DNA of 64,000 bases from Planctomycetota bacterium (GTDB taxonomy: Bacteria > Planctomycetota > Phycisphaerae > WQYP01): the NCBI GenBank assembly GCA_021831565.1, contig JAKBMM010000011.1:380-64379 (forward strand), in the 5' to 3' direction. Shown here one piece after another: positions 48,828-56,739 of the stretch. Below the pieces are notes generated by a model. It was not told the DNA's origin and did not search any database. It saw only the letters and a program-made list of their open reading frames with translations. Made by a program: the position numbers and the translations under genes. The stretch's first letter is position 1; each line of letters starts with the position of its first letter.

Positions 48828-49238
48828 GATTTTCTCCTTATTGTCCATAGACGGCCAGCAGGCTGGCCGGTTTACCCCCGGCTCGCAACACACGAGCCGG
48901 GACGGCCAGCAGGCTGGCCGGTTAACCAACCCGACTCGCAACACGCGGGTCGGAACTTTACTGTGGCAGGCTCTCTCGCCTGCGTTTGTTTTCGCGGGCG
49001 CTATCACCCGCCTATCCCATATCCGCTCCGATGTACCTCCTTTCGCGGCGCTGCCGCCGCTCTACTTTCTTCCGCGCCGCCGCATTAGCCCGAACATTTC
49101 ACCGCCGAGACGCAGAGAGCGCAGAGGTTTATTGGTGACATGGTCAGCAGGCTGACCCGTTAAACACAGTTTTCCTTGTGCTCTACTTTCGCCCCAGCCC
49201 GGTCCGTGCATGCCACGGGCCGGGCTGTGAATAGACTT

Positions 49239-50153
49239 TTAGGCTATTGCCTTGCGTCTGCGTTTGAGCAACAATCCCAATCCGCCCACGGCCAGCAAAG
49301 CCAGCGTGGCCGGTTCGGGGACTACTGCAATGCTGTCCGGGTAATCCAACCCCGTGACCAGTGAGGCATTCACCGTACCGCCGGCAGTGGTATATTCTCC
49401 AATCGTGTTGTTGGCCGTATTCAGCTCAAACAGGTCTGATCCCGAAACGGCAATGCCGTTCGGTTCTCCCAACCCCGTGACCAGAGAGGCGTTCACCGTG
49501 CCGCCCGAGGTGGTATATTCGCCGATCGTGTTGTTGCCTTCATTTGTGACAAACAGGTCTGATCCCGACACGGCAATGCCGGACGGGCCATTCAACCCCG
49601 TGACCAGCGAGGCATTCACTGTGCCGCCCGTGATGGTATATTCGCCGATCGTGTTGTTGCCATAATTCGAGACAAACAGGTCTGAGCCCGAAACGGCAAT
49701 GTCGGTCGGGCTATTCAACCCCGTGACCAGTGAGGCATTCACCGTGCCGCCCGTGATGGTATATTCGCCGATCGTGCTGTTGCCATAATTCGAGACAAAC
49801 AGGTCTGAGCCCGAAACGGCAATGCCGGACGGGCCATTCAACCCCGTGACCAGAGAGGCATTCACCGTGCCGCCCGTGATGGTATATTCGCCCATCGTGC
49901 TGTTGCCATAATTCGCGACAAACAGGTCTGATCCCGAAACGGCAATGCCGTTCGGTTCATCCAACCTCGTGACCAGAGAGGCATTCACCGTACCGCCGGC
50001 ATTGGTATATTCGCCGATCGTGTTATTGGAAAAATTCGTGACAAAGATGTTTCCGCGCGCGCTCGCAGGCATGAGCGCCGAACCCGTCGCTAACGCCGCC
50101 GCGGCGCCTAAGCCGAGCATGATTTTGGTTGAGGATGATTTGTTCTTAAACAT
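49239..50153 (-). CDS. PEP-CTERM protein with six 41-aa NHL-like repeats
   Basis: Six LFV.N....TIGEYT..GGTVNASLVTGL..P..IAV units (123-bp period); MFKNKSSSTK leader. Confidence 0.9.
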   Translation of the reverse strand: MFKNKSSSTKIMLGLGAAAALATGSALMPASARGNIFVTNFSNNTIGEYTNAGGTVNASLVTRLDEPNGIAVSGSDLFVANYGNSTMGEYTITGGTVNASLVTGLNGPSGIAVSGSDLFVSNYGNSTIGEYTITGGTVNASLVTGLNSPTDIAVSGSDLFVSNYGNNTIGEYTITGGTVNASLVTGLNGPSGIAVSGSDLFVTNEGNNTIGEYTTSGGTVNASLVTGLGEPNGIAVSGSDLFELNTANNTIGEYTTAGGTVNASLVTGLDYPDSIAVVPEPATLALLAVGGLGLLLKRRRKAIA

Positions 50154-50210
50154 GGTTTACTCCTTAATGTCCATAGATGGCCAGCAGGCTGGCCGGTTTA
50201 CTTGTTTGTG

Positions 50211-50244
50211 CCGGCCCGGCCCGTGCAAAAACACGGGCCGGGCC
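50211..50244 (-). terminator. GC-rich stem-loop downstream of a PEP-CTERM gene
   Basis: GGCCCGGCCCGTG..CACGGGCCGGGCC; relatives at about 44509-44538, 48046-48079 and 49197-49225; no U-tract, so it may be a stabiliser instead. Confidence 0.45.
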
Positions 50245-50258
50245 AACTTAATAGCCGT

Positions 50259-50987
50259 TTAAGCTATTGCCTTGCGTCTGCGTTTGAGCAGCAATCCCAG
50301 GCCGCCCACGGCCAGCAAAGCCAGTGTGGCCGGTTCGGGAGTGGAGGTGATACTCATTGAACTAATATAGGCGGTTGCATTATTGCCACTTGAGCCATAT
50401 GCGCCAATAGAGGCCCACGCGGCATTTACCATCATATCGCCATAATCAATCCCATTATATGGAGTATCATAAATGCTTGACAACTGCACGTTCTGCTCTG
50501 CCCACGTATAGGTCTTGGTATTCCATACCCCTACTGTTGATGAGCCGTCCAGTGTATAGGCGTTGGTGTTGCTTCCAAAGTTAATGATATCAAAATTGTC
50601 TCCATTGACATCACTGACGCCAAAAAGGGTATACGGCTGGCCAGGTCCCGTAGTACTAGGCACAGTAATAGACATACTGTCATATCTTAGAGCACCTAGA
50701 TTACCATTGTATGCGGGAGGTGTTCCAACCCATGCTTCCGTCCAATAAGCACTATTGGTAATAGTCATAAGAGCGGATCCACCATAACTGCTAGAATAAC
50801 CGGCACTATATGAATCGGTGCCGCCCGTAGTCTTATAACCACCATATGACACGATATTATTTGTCGGAACCCAACCGGTGCCGCTAATTGTCGTTGTATT
50901 CGCAAACAATGACCCGGCTGACAAAAAAGCCGCCGCGGCGCCTAATCCGAGCATGAGTTTGGTTGAGGATGATTTGTTCTTAAACAT
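50259..50987 (-). CDS. PEP-CTERM protein (MFKNKSSSTK leader family), AT-rich body
   Basis: TPEPATLALLAVGGLGLLLKRRRKAIA. Confidence 0.9.
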   Translation of the reverse strand: MFKNKSSSTKLMLGLGAAAAFLSAGSLFANTTTISGTGWVPTNNIVSYGGYKTTGGTDSYSAGYSSSYGGSALMTITNSAYWTEAWVGTPPAYNGNLGALRYDSMSITVPSTTGPGQPYTLFGVSDVNGDNFDIINFGSNTNAYTLDGSSTVGVWNTKTYTWAEQNVQLSSIYDTPYNGIDYGDMMVNAAWASIGAYGSSGNNATAYISSMSITSTPEPATLALLAVGGLGLLLKRRRKAIA

Positions 50988-51275
50988 GGTTTACTCCTTA
51001 ATAATGTCTATAAACGGCCAGCAGGCTGGCCGGTTAACCAGGTATCCTCACCGACCCGCAACACACGGGCCGGGACGGCCAGCAGGCTGGCCGGTTTACC
51101 GGGTCGGCGGCCTGGAAGGCCGCCTCCCATACAGGGGCCGTTCGCATGTCTCTGGCGGGGGGCCGCGTGGGGCGGGGGGAGGAAAGAGGGGTGTGAGTGT
51201 GAGTGTCAGTCAGTGTAAGCGCCCCGAGTGAGCGGCCGCGCGTCAGAGACACGCGAACTATTCAGCGAGCCATAT

Positions 51276-51785
51276 TCAATTGTTTGCTTTTGCCAGTTTC
51301 GTCCCCTTTCGACGCCGCGAGGCGTCCATCCGTTGTGAATAATCGGGTGCGGGCGCCCGCGGTCGCGGTCGGCCGGCGGCAACGGACTCAGTCGCCTGTT
51401 CCACAGCGGCGCCCGCTTTGTTAAGGTCCAGCAGCCCGGCCACCACGGCCGGCGCCTGCTCGCAATCGTTCAGGTAGCAGGTGGCGCCGGCGGCCAGGAC
51501 GGCCCGCTCCAACGCGGGCCGATCCGGCCGGCCGATGGCGACGCACCAAGTGGGTCGCCAGAGCCTTCGCAATCCCCGGATCAAGGTCAGATCGCCGGCG
51601 CCGGCAAGTTCCAGCACGACGACCCGCACCCGGCAACGCGCCACACGGCGAATCAAGGCCTCGATGGCGTCGGTCGGGCCGGGGGTTGCAATCATCCATC
51701 GCCAGTGGGCGGCCAAGGAGCGCAGCTCGCGGCATTGGCCGCGGCTGATCACCAGCACGCTACTGCGAGCCATATCGCCCATCAT
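51276..51785 (-). CDS. Atypical receiver (REC)-like domain protein
   Basis: Alternating beta/alpha pattern with VVVLE, LIR.LR and A..AGA..YL; canonical Asp and Lys absent. Confidence 0.5.
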   Translation of the reverse strand: MMGDMARSSVLVISRGQCRELRSLAAHWRWMIATPGPTDAIEALIRRVARCRVRVVVLELAGAGDLTLIRGLRRLWRPTWCVAIGRPDRPALERAVLAAGATCYLNDCEQAPAVVAGLLDLNKAGAAVEQATESVAAGRPRPRAPAPDYSQRMDASRRRKGTKLAKANN

Positions 51786-51859
51786 TGCCCGTCTCCATAT
51801 CGCGCCGCGGCCACCGTCCCTCCGGCGGTTACGAGCCGCATTGAATAATCAGTTGTATG

Positions 51860-51876
51860 AGCAACAGACGTGCCAC
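51860..51876 (-). promoter_or_regulatory. Sigma54 (-24/-12) promoter
   Basis: Minus strand reads TGGCACGTCTGTTGCT, matching TGGCAC-N5-TTGC. Confidence 0.8.
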
Positions 51877-51989
51877 AGGCCGCCGGCGAATGGGCCATTA
51901 GAGCGCAAGTGCTTATATAGCACTATGTTATAAATATATTGATGATGAATTCGTGTATTTTAGAGCGGGGACCGTCCGCGCCCGGTCCA

Positions 51990-52092
51990 GTACCATTTTG
52001 GTACACGCATGGTGCGAATTATGCGGCCGATAAACACGCAAGGCGGTTTTTGGGAGTCAGTACCATTTTGACGGTCAGTACCATAATGGTAC
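51990..52092. promoter_or_regulatory. Putative enhancer-binding-protein sites
   Basis: GTACCATTTTGGTAC (51990-52004), GTACCATTTTGAC (52060-52072) and GTACCATAATGGTAC (52078-52092), 115-217 bp upstream of the sigma54 site. Confidence 0.7.
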
Positions 52093-52099
52093 ATGCGGT

Positions 52100-52283
52100 C
52101 AAGGAAAACGGTGTTTAACGGGTCAGCCTGCTGACCGTGTCACCAAGTGAACAGTTGACAGGAGAGCTCCAGGAAACGGTGTTTAACGGGTCAGCCTGCT
52201 GACCGTGTCACCAAGTGAACAGGTGACAGGAGAGCACAAGGGAACCGGTGTTTAACGGGTCAGCCTGCTGACCGTGACACCAA
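52100..52283 (+). repeat. Three tandem copies (about 69-bp period) of the GGTCAGCCTGCTGACC hairpin repeat
   Basis: Same unit as 40184-40274; the linkers are nearly identical to each other. Confidence 0.9.
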
Positions 52284-52468
52284 CAAAATAAACCTCTGCG
52301 GCCCCCTGCGTCCCCCGCGGTAAATAACGCGGTGAGCAGGGCACATGGAAATTGATTTACTTTGGGTAGCCGAAATCGCTACAATAAGGGCGACTGGAGA
52401 TTCGGGCGCCAAAAGACCAGGGCGTAACTCCGGGTGGAAAGATTTGCTTTACCGCGAGGTATTCGACC

Positions 52469-52765
52469 ATGATCGGGCCAATCCATGTCATGACGCTTGG
52501 TTTGTTTCAGAACTTTTTCGACGGCCCGGACATTCTGATTGTGGCGCTGGTCGCCCTGCTGTTGTTCGGCAAAAGGCTGCCGGATATCGCCCGCAGCCTG
52601 GGACGAACCATTGTTGAATTCAAAAAGGGTCTTAACCAGACTTCCGATGAAATCAACCGGGCTTCGCAGGAAGATACGCCGCCGGAAAAGCCGACCATTG
52701 CCGCGCCCACCTCGGCGAACCCCCGCCAGATCAAGCAGGTCACCAACGTCAGCGAAGAACCGTGA
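52469..52765 (+). CDS. tatA: Twin-arginine translocase TatA/TatE subunit
   Basis: LLLFG.RLP..ARSLG....EFKKG. Confidence 0.9.
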   Translation: MIGPIHVMTLGLFQNFFDGPDILIVALVALLLFGKRLPDIARSLGRTIVEFKKGLNQTSDEINRASQEDTPPEKPTIAAPTSANPRQIKQVTNVSEEP

Positions 52766-52807
52766 ACACCCGCGCCAACCCCGGCGGAGGCGGATATCAA
52801 AAGTTGC

Positions 52808-52973
52808 TAACCGTTCACGGCGGCGCACAAAACGGCCGCGGGATTGCGATCCTCGCGGCTGCCCCATGGTCGCCATCCCCCGCAGCCGTGGATGGAAATC
52901 CACGGCCGTCCTTAACCGCAAACCATCATGCCTCGTAATCCAACCACCGCTCGATTACCATCCACGAGCGTGA
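52808..52973. mobile_element. Partial copy of the long GTAACCGTTCAC MITE
   Basis: Matches the left part of 55004-55321. Confidence 0.75.
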
Positions 52974-52980
52974 CCGGAAG

Positions 52981-54804
52981 TTATTTTTCAGAATTGTTAT
53001 ACGTGCTCGAAGAGCATACTTCGGTGGGTTCCTCCGGCCGGCCGGCGGCGGCGGGATGGAGCGCGCGCTCAATTCCCGGCAGTACATAGTCGCGGGCGAC
53101 CACTTCCCAGCTCATCCGGTCCGCCAGTTCGTAGCCGTTTTCCAGAAGGTTCGCAAACTGTTGTTCCGTTCGTGGCAACCGGCGATAAATCTCCGCGGCG
53201 GCCTGGGCGGCAACCGCGGCCTCCATCTTATCGCGAGTCTTGCGATCCACGGCCAGGCAATCGTGGATGTCGTTGAATGTCCAGCCGGGCGCGGCGGTAT
53301 AATCCAGTTCCAGAACGTTTTGAGTTCCACGGCCCGCCGTGGCATGGCGCACGAAACCGGCGCAACCACACAACGCGGTGCATACACACAGGCCGCCGAA
53401 AGAGAGCGTTTCGAGCTGGGCAATGCCGAAAGGTTCATAAACCGACTGTCCGAACTCCACGTCGGAACCGTGCCGGATATCCATGAACTCCATATCCACG
53501 GGCGCGCGGTCGCCGCAGGCGCGGCGATCGAATCCGAACTGGTTGATATAGACAATTTTGGCGTTGCGGGCGCGGGCATTGAATTCCTGTACGCCGGCGT
53601 AGAAGGCGGCCTCGCCGCCCGTCAGGTCGGGATAGCCCTCGCGATGCGCCACCGGCCACTTGTAGCCGGCTTCCATGCTGCGGACGTCGTCGCCGCGCCG
53701 CGCCGCGGTCTCGGTGGAAAGAACGAAGAGCACCGCCGATTGGTTGTCCGCCCGGAGCAGCTTTTCCAGGTGTTCCATCATGGTGATGTCGCGCCAAAGT
53801 CCTTTGGAAAGCACCATCCGGGTGACGTGGGTGAAAATGAAATCAGGCTGGTAACCGAGCAAATGAACGCAGTATTGCCGCAGGCGGCGGCGGGCGGAGA
53901 ACTTTTCCTCCAGGGGCAGGCGGAAGGCGGGCACGCCGTTGTACGCCAGGTCGATGGGGCGGTTCTCGAAGGCGCGGTCCAGGAATCGCAATTCATCCAG
54001 CACGTAATCGCCGACGGCGAAAATGTTGTCGCAGAATCGCGCCGCGTCCACGAGCGGGTATTTATAGAAGAATTTCTGGGAGCCGAACACGTCGTTGACG
54101 GAAAGATTCCGCTGCGCGGCCAGGCGCAGCGCGTTGTAAAAGGTTACGTCGTGACCGGGATGGGACTCGACCAGCCGGCGCATCGGCGCGACCTCGTGTG
54201 CGTAGAAAATGGTGCGAAAATGCCGGGGGGCGTTGAGCTGGGCGGCCAGGACGGTGGGCATGCCCATGTATTCGTGCGCGAGGATAAGGGCCGGCTCCGC
54301 TCCGCCGGCGGCGCCCAGGGCCTCGAGGACTTCGACGGCCGGCTCCGCCAGGCGGCAATATTGCTCGTAATCCCAAATCCATTCATATTGATTTGATTGT
54401 ATGCCGAAGCGTTCGAAAAGCCGCCATTTGAAGTTGTCGATGCGGGATGGATCGTAATGGTTCACGTTGATCAGCACCGCCTCGGGATGCGCGGTGATGC
54501 CCGTGAACCGGTCGTGAAAAACTTTTCGCCCGTAGACGATGTCCACGTGGTACTTGCGCTCCACCGCCGCCAGCGCCGCGGCCAGCGGATGGCGCACCAA
54601 CCCGTCCCGCGAGCTGTAAAGCACCTCTCCGCCCTCGCCGAGGCGCGACTCCAGCGCGCCATCGGTGCTGAAAAGCGGGCCGATGAGAACATCCCGGTCG
54701 ATCGCCTCGCCATAGGTGCGGGAGGTCAGCAACCCATGCAGCACCGCGCCGATTCCGCCTATTTTCTGGACAATTTCATGGGTGACGTGAACAACGGTTC
54801 TCAT
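52981..54804 (-). CDS. Glycogen-synthase-like GT-B glycosyltransferase (GT3-like)
   Basis: HE...KIGGI, AHEY, NG, KG and S.YEPFG...LE motifs. Confidence 0.7.
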   Translation of the reverse strand: MRTVVHVTHEIVQKIGGIGAVLHGLLTSRTYGEAIDRDVLIGPLFSTDGALESRLGEGGEVLYSSRDGLVRHPLAAALAAVERKYHVDIVYGRKVFHDRFTGITAHPEAVLINVNHYDPSRIDNFKWRLFERFGIQSNQYEWIWDYEQYCRLAEPAVEVLEALGAAGGAEPALILAHEYMGMPTVLAAQLNAPRHFRTIFYAHEVAPMRRLVESHPGHDVTFYNALRLAAQRNLSVNDVFGSQKFFYKYPLVDAARFCDNIFAVGDYVLDELRFLDRAFENRPIDLAYNGVPAFRLPLEEKFSARRRLRQYCVHLLGYQPDFIFTHVTRMVLSKGLWRDITMMEHLEKLLRADNQSAVLFVLSTETAARRGDDVRSMEAGYKWPVAHREGYPDLTGGEAAFYAGVQEFNARARNAKIVYINQFGFDRRACGDRAPVDMEFMDIRHGSDVEFGQSVYEPFGIAQLETLSFGGLCVCTALCGCAGFVRHATAGRGTQNVLELDYTAAPGWTFNDIHDCLAVDRKTRDKMEAAVAAQAAAEIYRRLPRTEQQFANLLENGYELADRMSWEVVARDYVLPGIERALHPAAAGRPEEPTEVCSSSTYNNSEK

Positions 54805-54908
54805 AATGGTGAAAATCCTTTGAGAAATTTCGACGGCTCCTGGCCCTGGCGATTCAGGTCCTTTATACATCGGCAATTGGCGCGGCGAGCGTCAATCTTA
54901 TTGCCCCC

Positions 54909-54974
54909 AGTGCTCTGTCAGCCGTGTAATGCTGGCCCGCCGTCAATCCATCATTACACGGCTGACAGAGCACT
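54909..54974. mobile_element. Collapsed MITE (fused terminal repeats of the 35170 family)
   Basis: AGTGCTCTGTCAGCCGTGTAATG ... CATTACACGGCTGACAGAGCACT. Confidence 0.75.
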
Positions 54975-55003
54975 GCCCGGAACAGAGTCCCAAAAAGCCG
55001 GAC

Positions 55004-55321
55004 GTAACCGTTCACGGCGGCGCGGAAAACGGCCGCGGGATTGCGATCCTCGCGGCTGCCCAATGGTCGCCCCCCCCGCAGCCGTGGATGGAAATCCACG
55101 GCCGTCCGTAACCGCAAACCATCATGCCTCGTAATCCAACCACCGCTCGATTACCAACCACGAGCGTGAAAAGCCGCCCGGAGGTGGACGCAAAACGACC
55201 GCGGGATTCCACCACGCAGATGCATAACCGGGGCGGCGCGGTGATTGGCGGTCCCGGCACACCGGGAAAACCCATGCCCGCCGGGACGTGCGCCAAAAAC
55301 ATCCGGTGCGTGAACGGTTAC
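55004..55321. mobile_element. 318-bp long form of the GTAACCGTTCAC MITE, inverted
   Basis: Same terminal repeats and ends as the 154-bp copies, plus an internal segment. Confidence 0.8.
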
Positions 55322-55525
55322 TGCCGGACAAGCGCGGCTCCCCGGGTAAATAAAAGCGCGGCAAAAAATGCCGGGCAGTGTTATCCTGATGGGCGGATGG
55401 AAGGGTGGGCCGGACGCGGAAAAAGCGGCCCGGGGATGGATCGGTCGCCGATCGCCCCCCGGAACCGGGCGGGACGCGGGCCGGATTGAATTCGCCGCGC
55501 CGGCGGCTGGTCTTGTGGAGGAATT

Positions 55526-56653
55526 ATGCAGGCGGGTTTTGCCAATCAACCCCCGGAGCGGCATTCGCCATGGCGGACGGCTCCGCCGGCGTATTACTCC
55601 ATGGTGGTCCCCATGTATAACGAGCGGGATTCCGTCGCGCCGCTGCACGCGGGTTTGACGCGCAACCTCGCCCGCCTGGATAAACCTTATGAAATTATCT
55701 ATATTGATGATGGAAGCCGGGACGATACCTACGCACGCCTCTGCGACGTGGCGCGGGACGATCCCCGCGTGCTGGTGATCAAGCTGCGCCGCAATTTCGG
55801 CCAGACCCCGGCCCTGGCCGCGGGCTTCGACCATGCACGCGGCGAAATCATTCTGGCCATGGACGGAGACTTGCAGCACGATCCGGATGAAATTTCCAAA
55901 TTTATCGAAAAAATTGAGGAAGGCTACGATGTGGTGTCCGGCTGGCGGCAGCGGCGCGCGGACGGGTTTCTGCTGCGGCGCCTGCCCAGCACGACCGCCA
56001 ACTGGCTGATCCGCAAAATATCCGGCGTGGAAATTCACGATTTCGGCACCACGTTCAAAGCGTACCGCCGCGACGTAATCGAGCACTTGAATCTCTACGG
56101 CGATTCGCACCGCTTCATTCCCGCCCTGGCCGCCATGGCCGGCGCGACCATTACCGAAGTACCCATCCGGAACATCAAGGCCCCGTACCGACCGTCGAAT
56201 TACGGCATCGGCCGCACCGGGCGCGTGCTGCTGGACCTGCTGACGATCAAATTTCTCAGCAGCTACCTTACGCGGCCGCTGCACCTTTTCGGCAAGGTGG
56301 GCCTGGTGAATCTGGCCGGGGCGGTCCTGATCGGCGCCTATCTGGCGTACGAAAAAATCCGCGGCAGGGAGATTCTTCGCGCCCATGGCCCACTGCTGAT
56401 TCTAGGCGTCATGCTGATGATGATGTCGCTGATGTTTTTTTCCACGGGTTTGCTGGCCGAAATGATCTCGCGCGTATATTTTGAGACGCAGCGCAAAGCC
56501 GTTTACACGGTGCGCGAAATTAGACGTGGAACGCGGGTGTGGCCGGGGCGGCCCGGCCGGCCGCAGTTGATTCCCTGCCCGCCGGCCGTAACAACGAATC
56601 ATGAACTTTCGCAAACGGACGACGAGAAACGATTCGAACAGGACGCGCCCTGA
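55526..56653 (+). CDS. GT2 polyprenol-phosphate glycosyltransferase (ArnC/GtrB-like)
   Basis: VVP.YNE, DDGS.D, RNFGQ..A, DGDLQ.DP and HRFIP; two C-terminal TM helices. Confidence 0.88.
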   Translation: MQAGFANQPPERHSPWRTAPPAYYSMVVPMYNERDSVAPLHAGLTRNLARLDKPYEIIYIDDGSRDDTYARLCDVARDDPRVLVIKLRRNFGQTPALAAGFDHARGEIILAMDGDLQHDPDEISKFIEKIEEGYDVVSGWRQRRADGFLLRRLPSTTANWLIRKISGVEIHDFGTTFKAYRRDVIEHLNLYGDSHRFIPALAAMAGATITEVPIRNIKAPYRPSNYGIGRTGRVLLDLLTIKFLSSYLTRPLHLFGKVGLVNLAGAVLIGAYLAYEKIRGREILRAHGPLLILGVMLMMMSLMFFSTGLLAEMISRVYFETQRKAVYTVREIRRGTRVWPGRPGRPQLIPCPPAVTTNHELSQTDDEKRFEQDAP

Positions 56654-56739
56654 AAACCGAACCTTCCATATCCGCCAACAACACACGGCAGGATGGCCAT
56701 TGCCGCGCCGCTTGGAACCCGTCGCACGGTTGGGCGCTG

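Noticed and set aside
41687-49180. Integron attC sites between PEP-CTERM genes
   Set aside because: GTTTAAC fits RYYYAAC, but I found no paired GTTRRRY end or attC-type fold, and no integrase.
52100-52283. CRISPR array
   Set aside because: The spacers are nearly identical to each other, the unit is dispersed elsewhere, and there are no cas genes.
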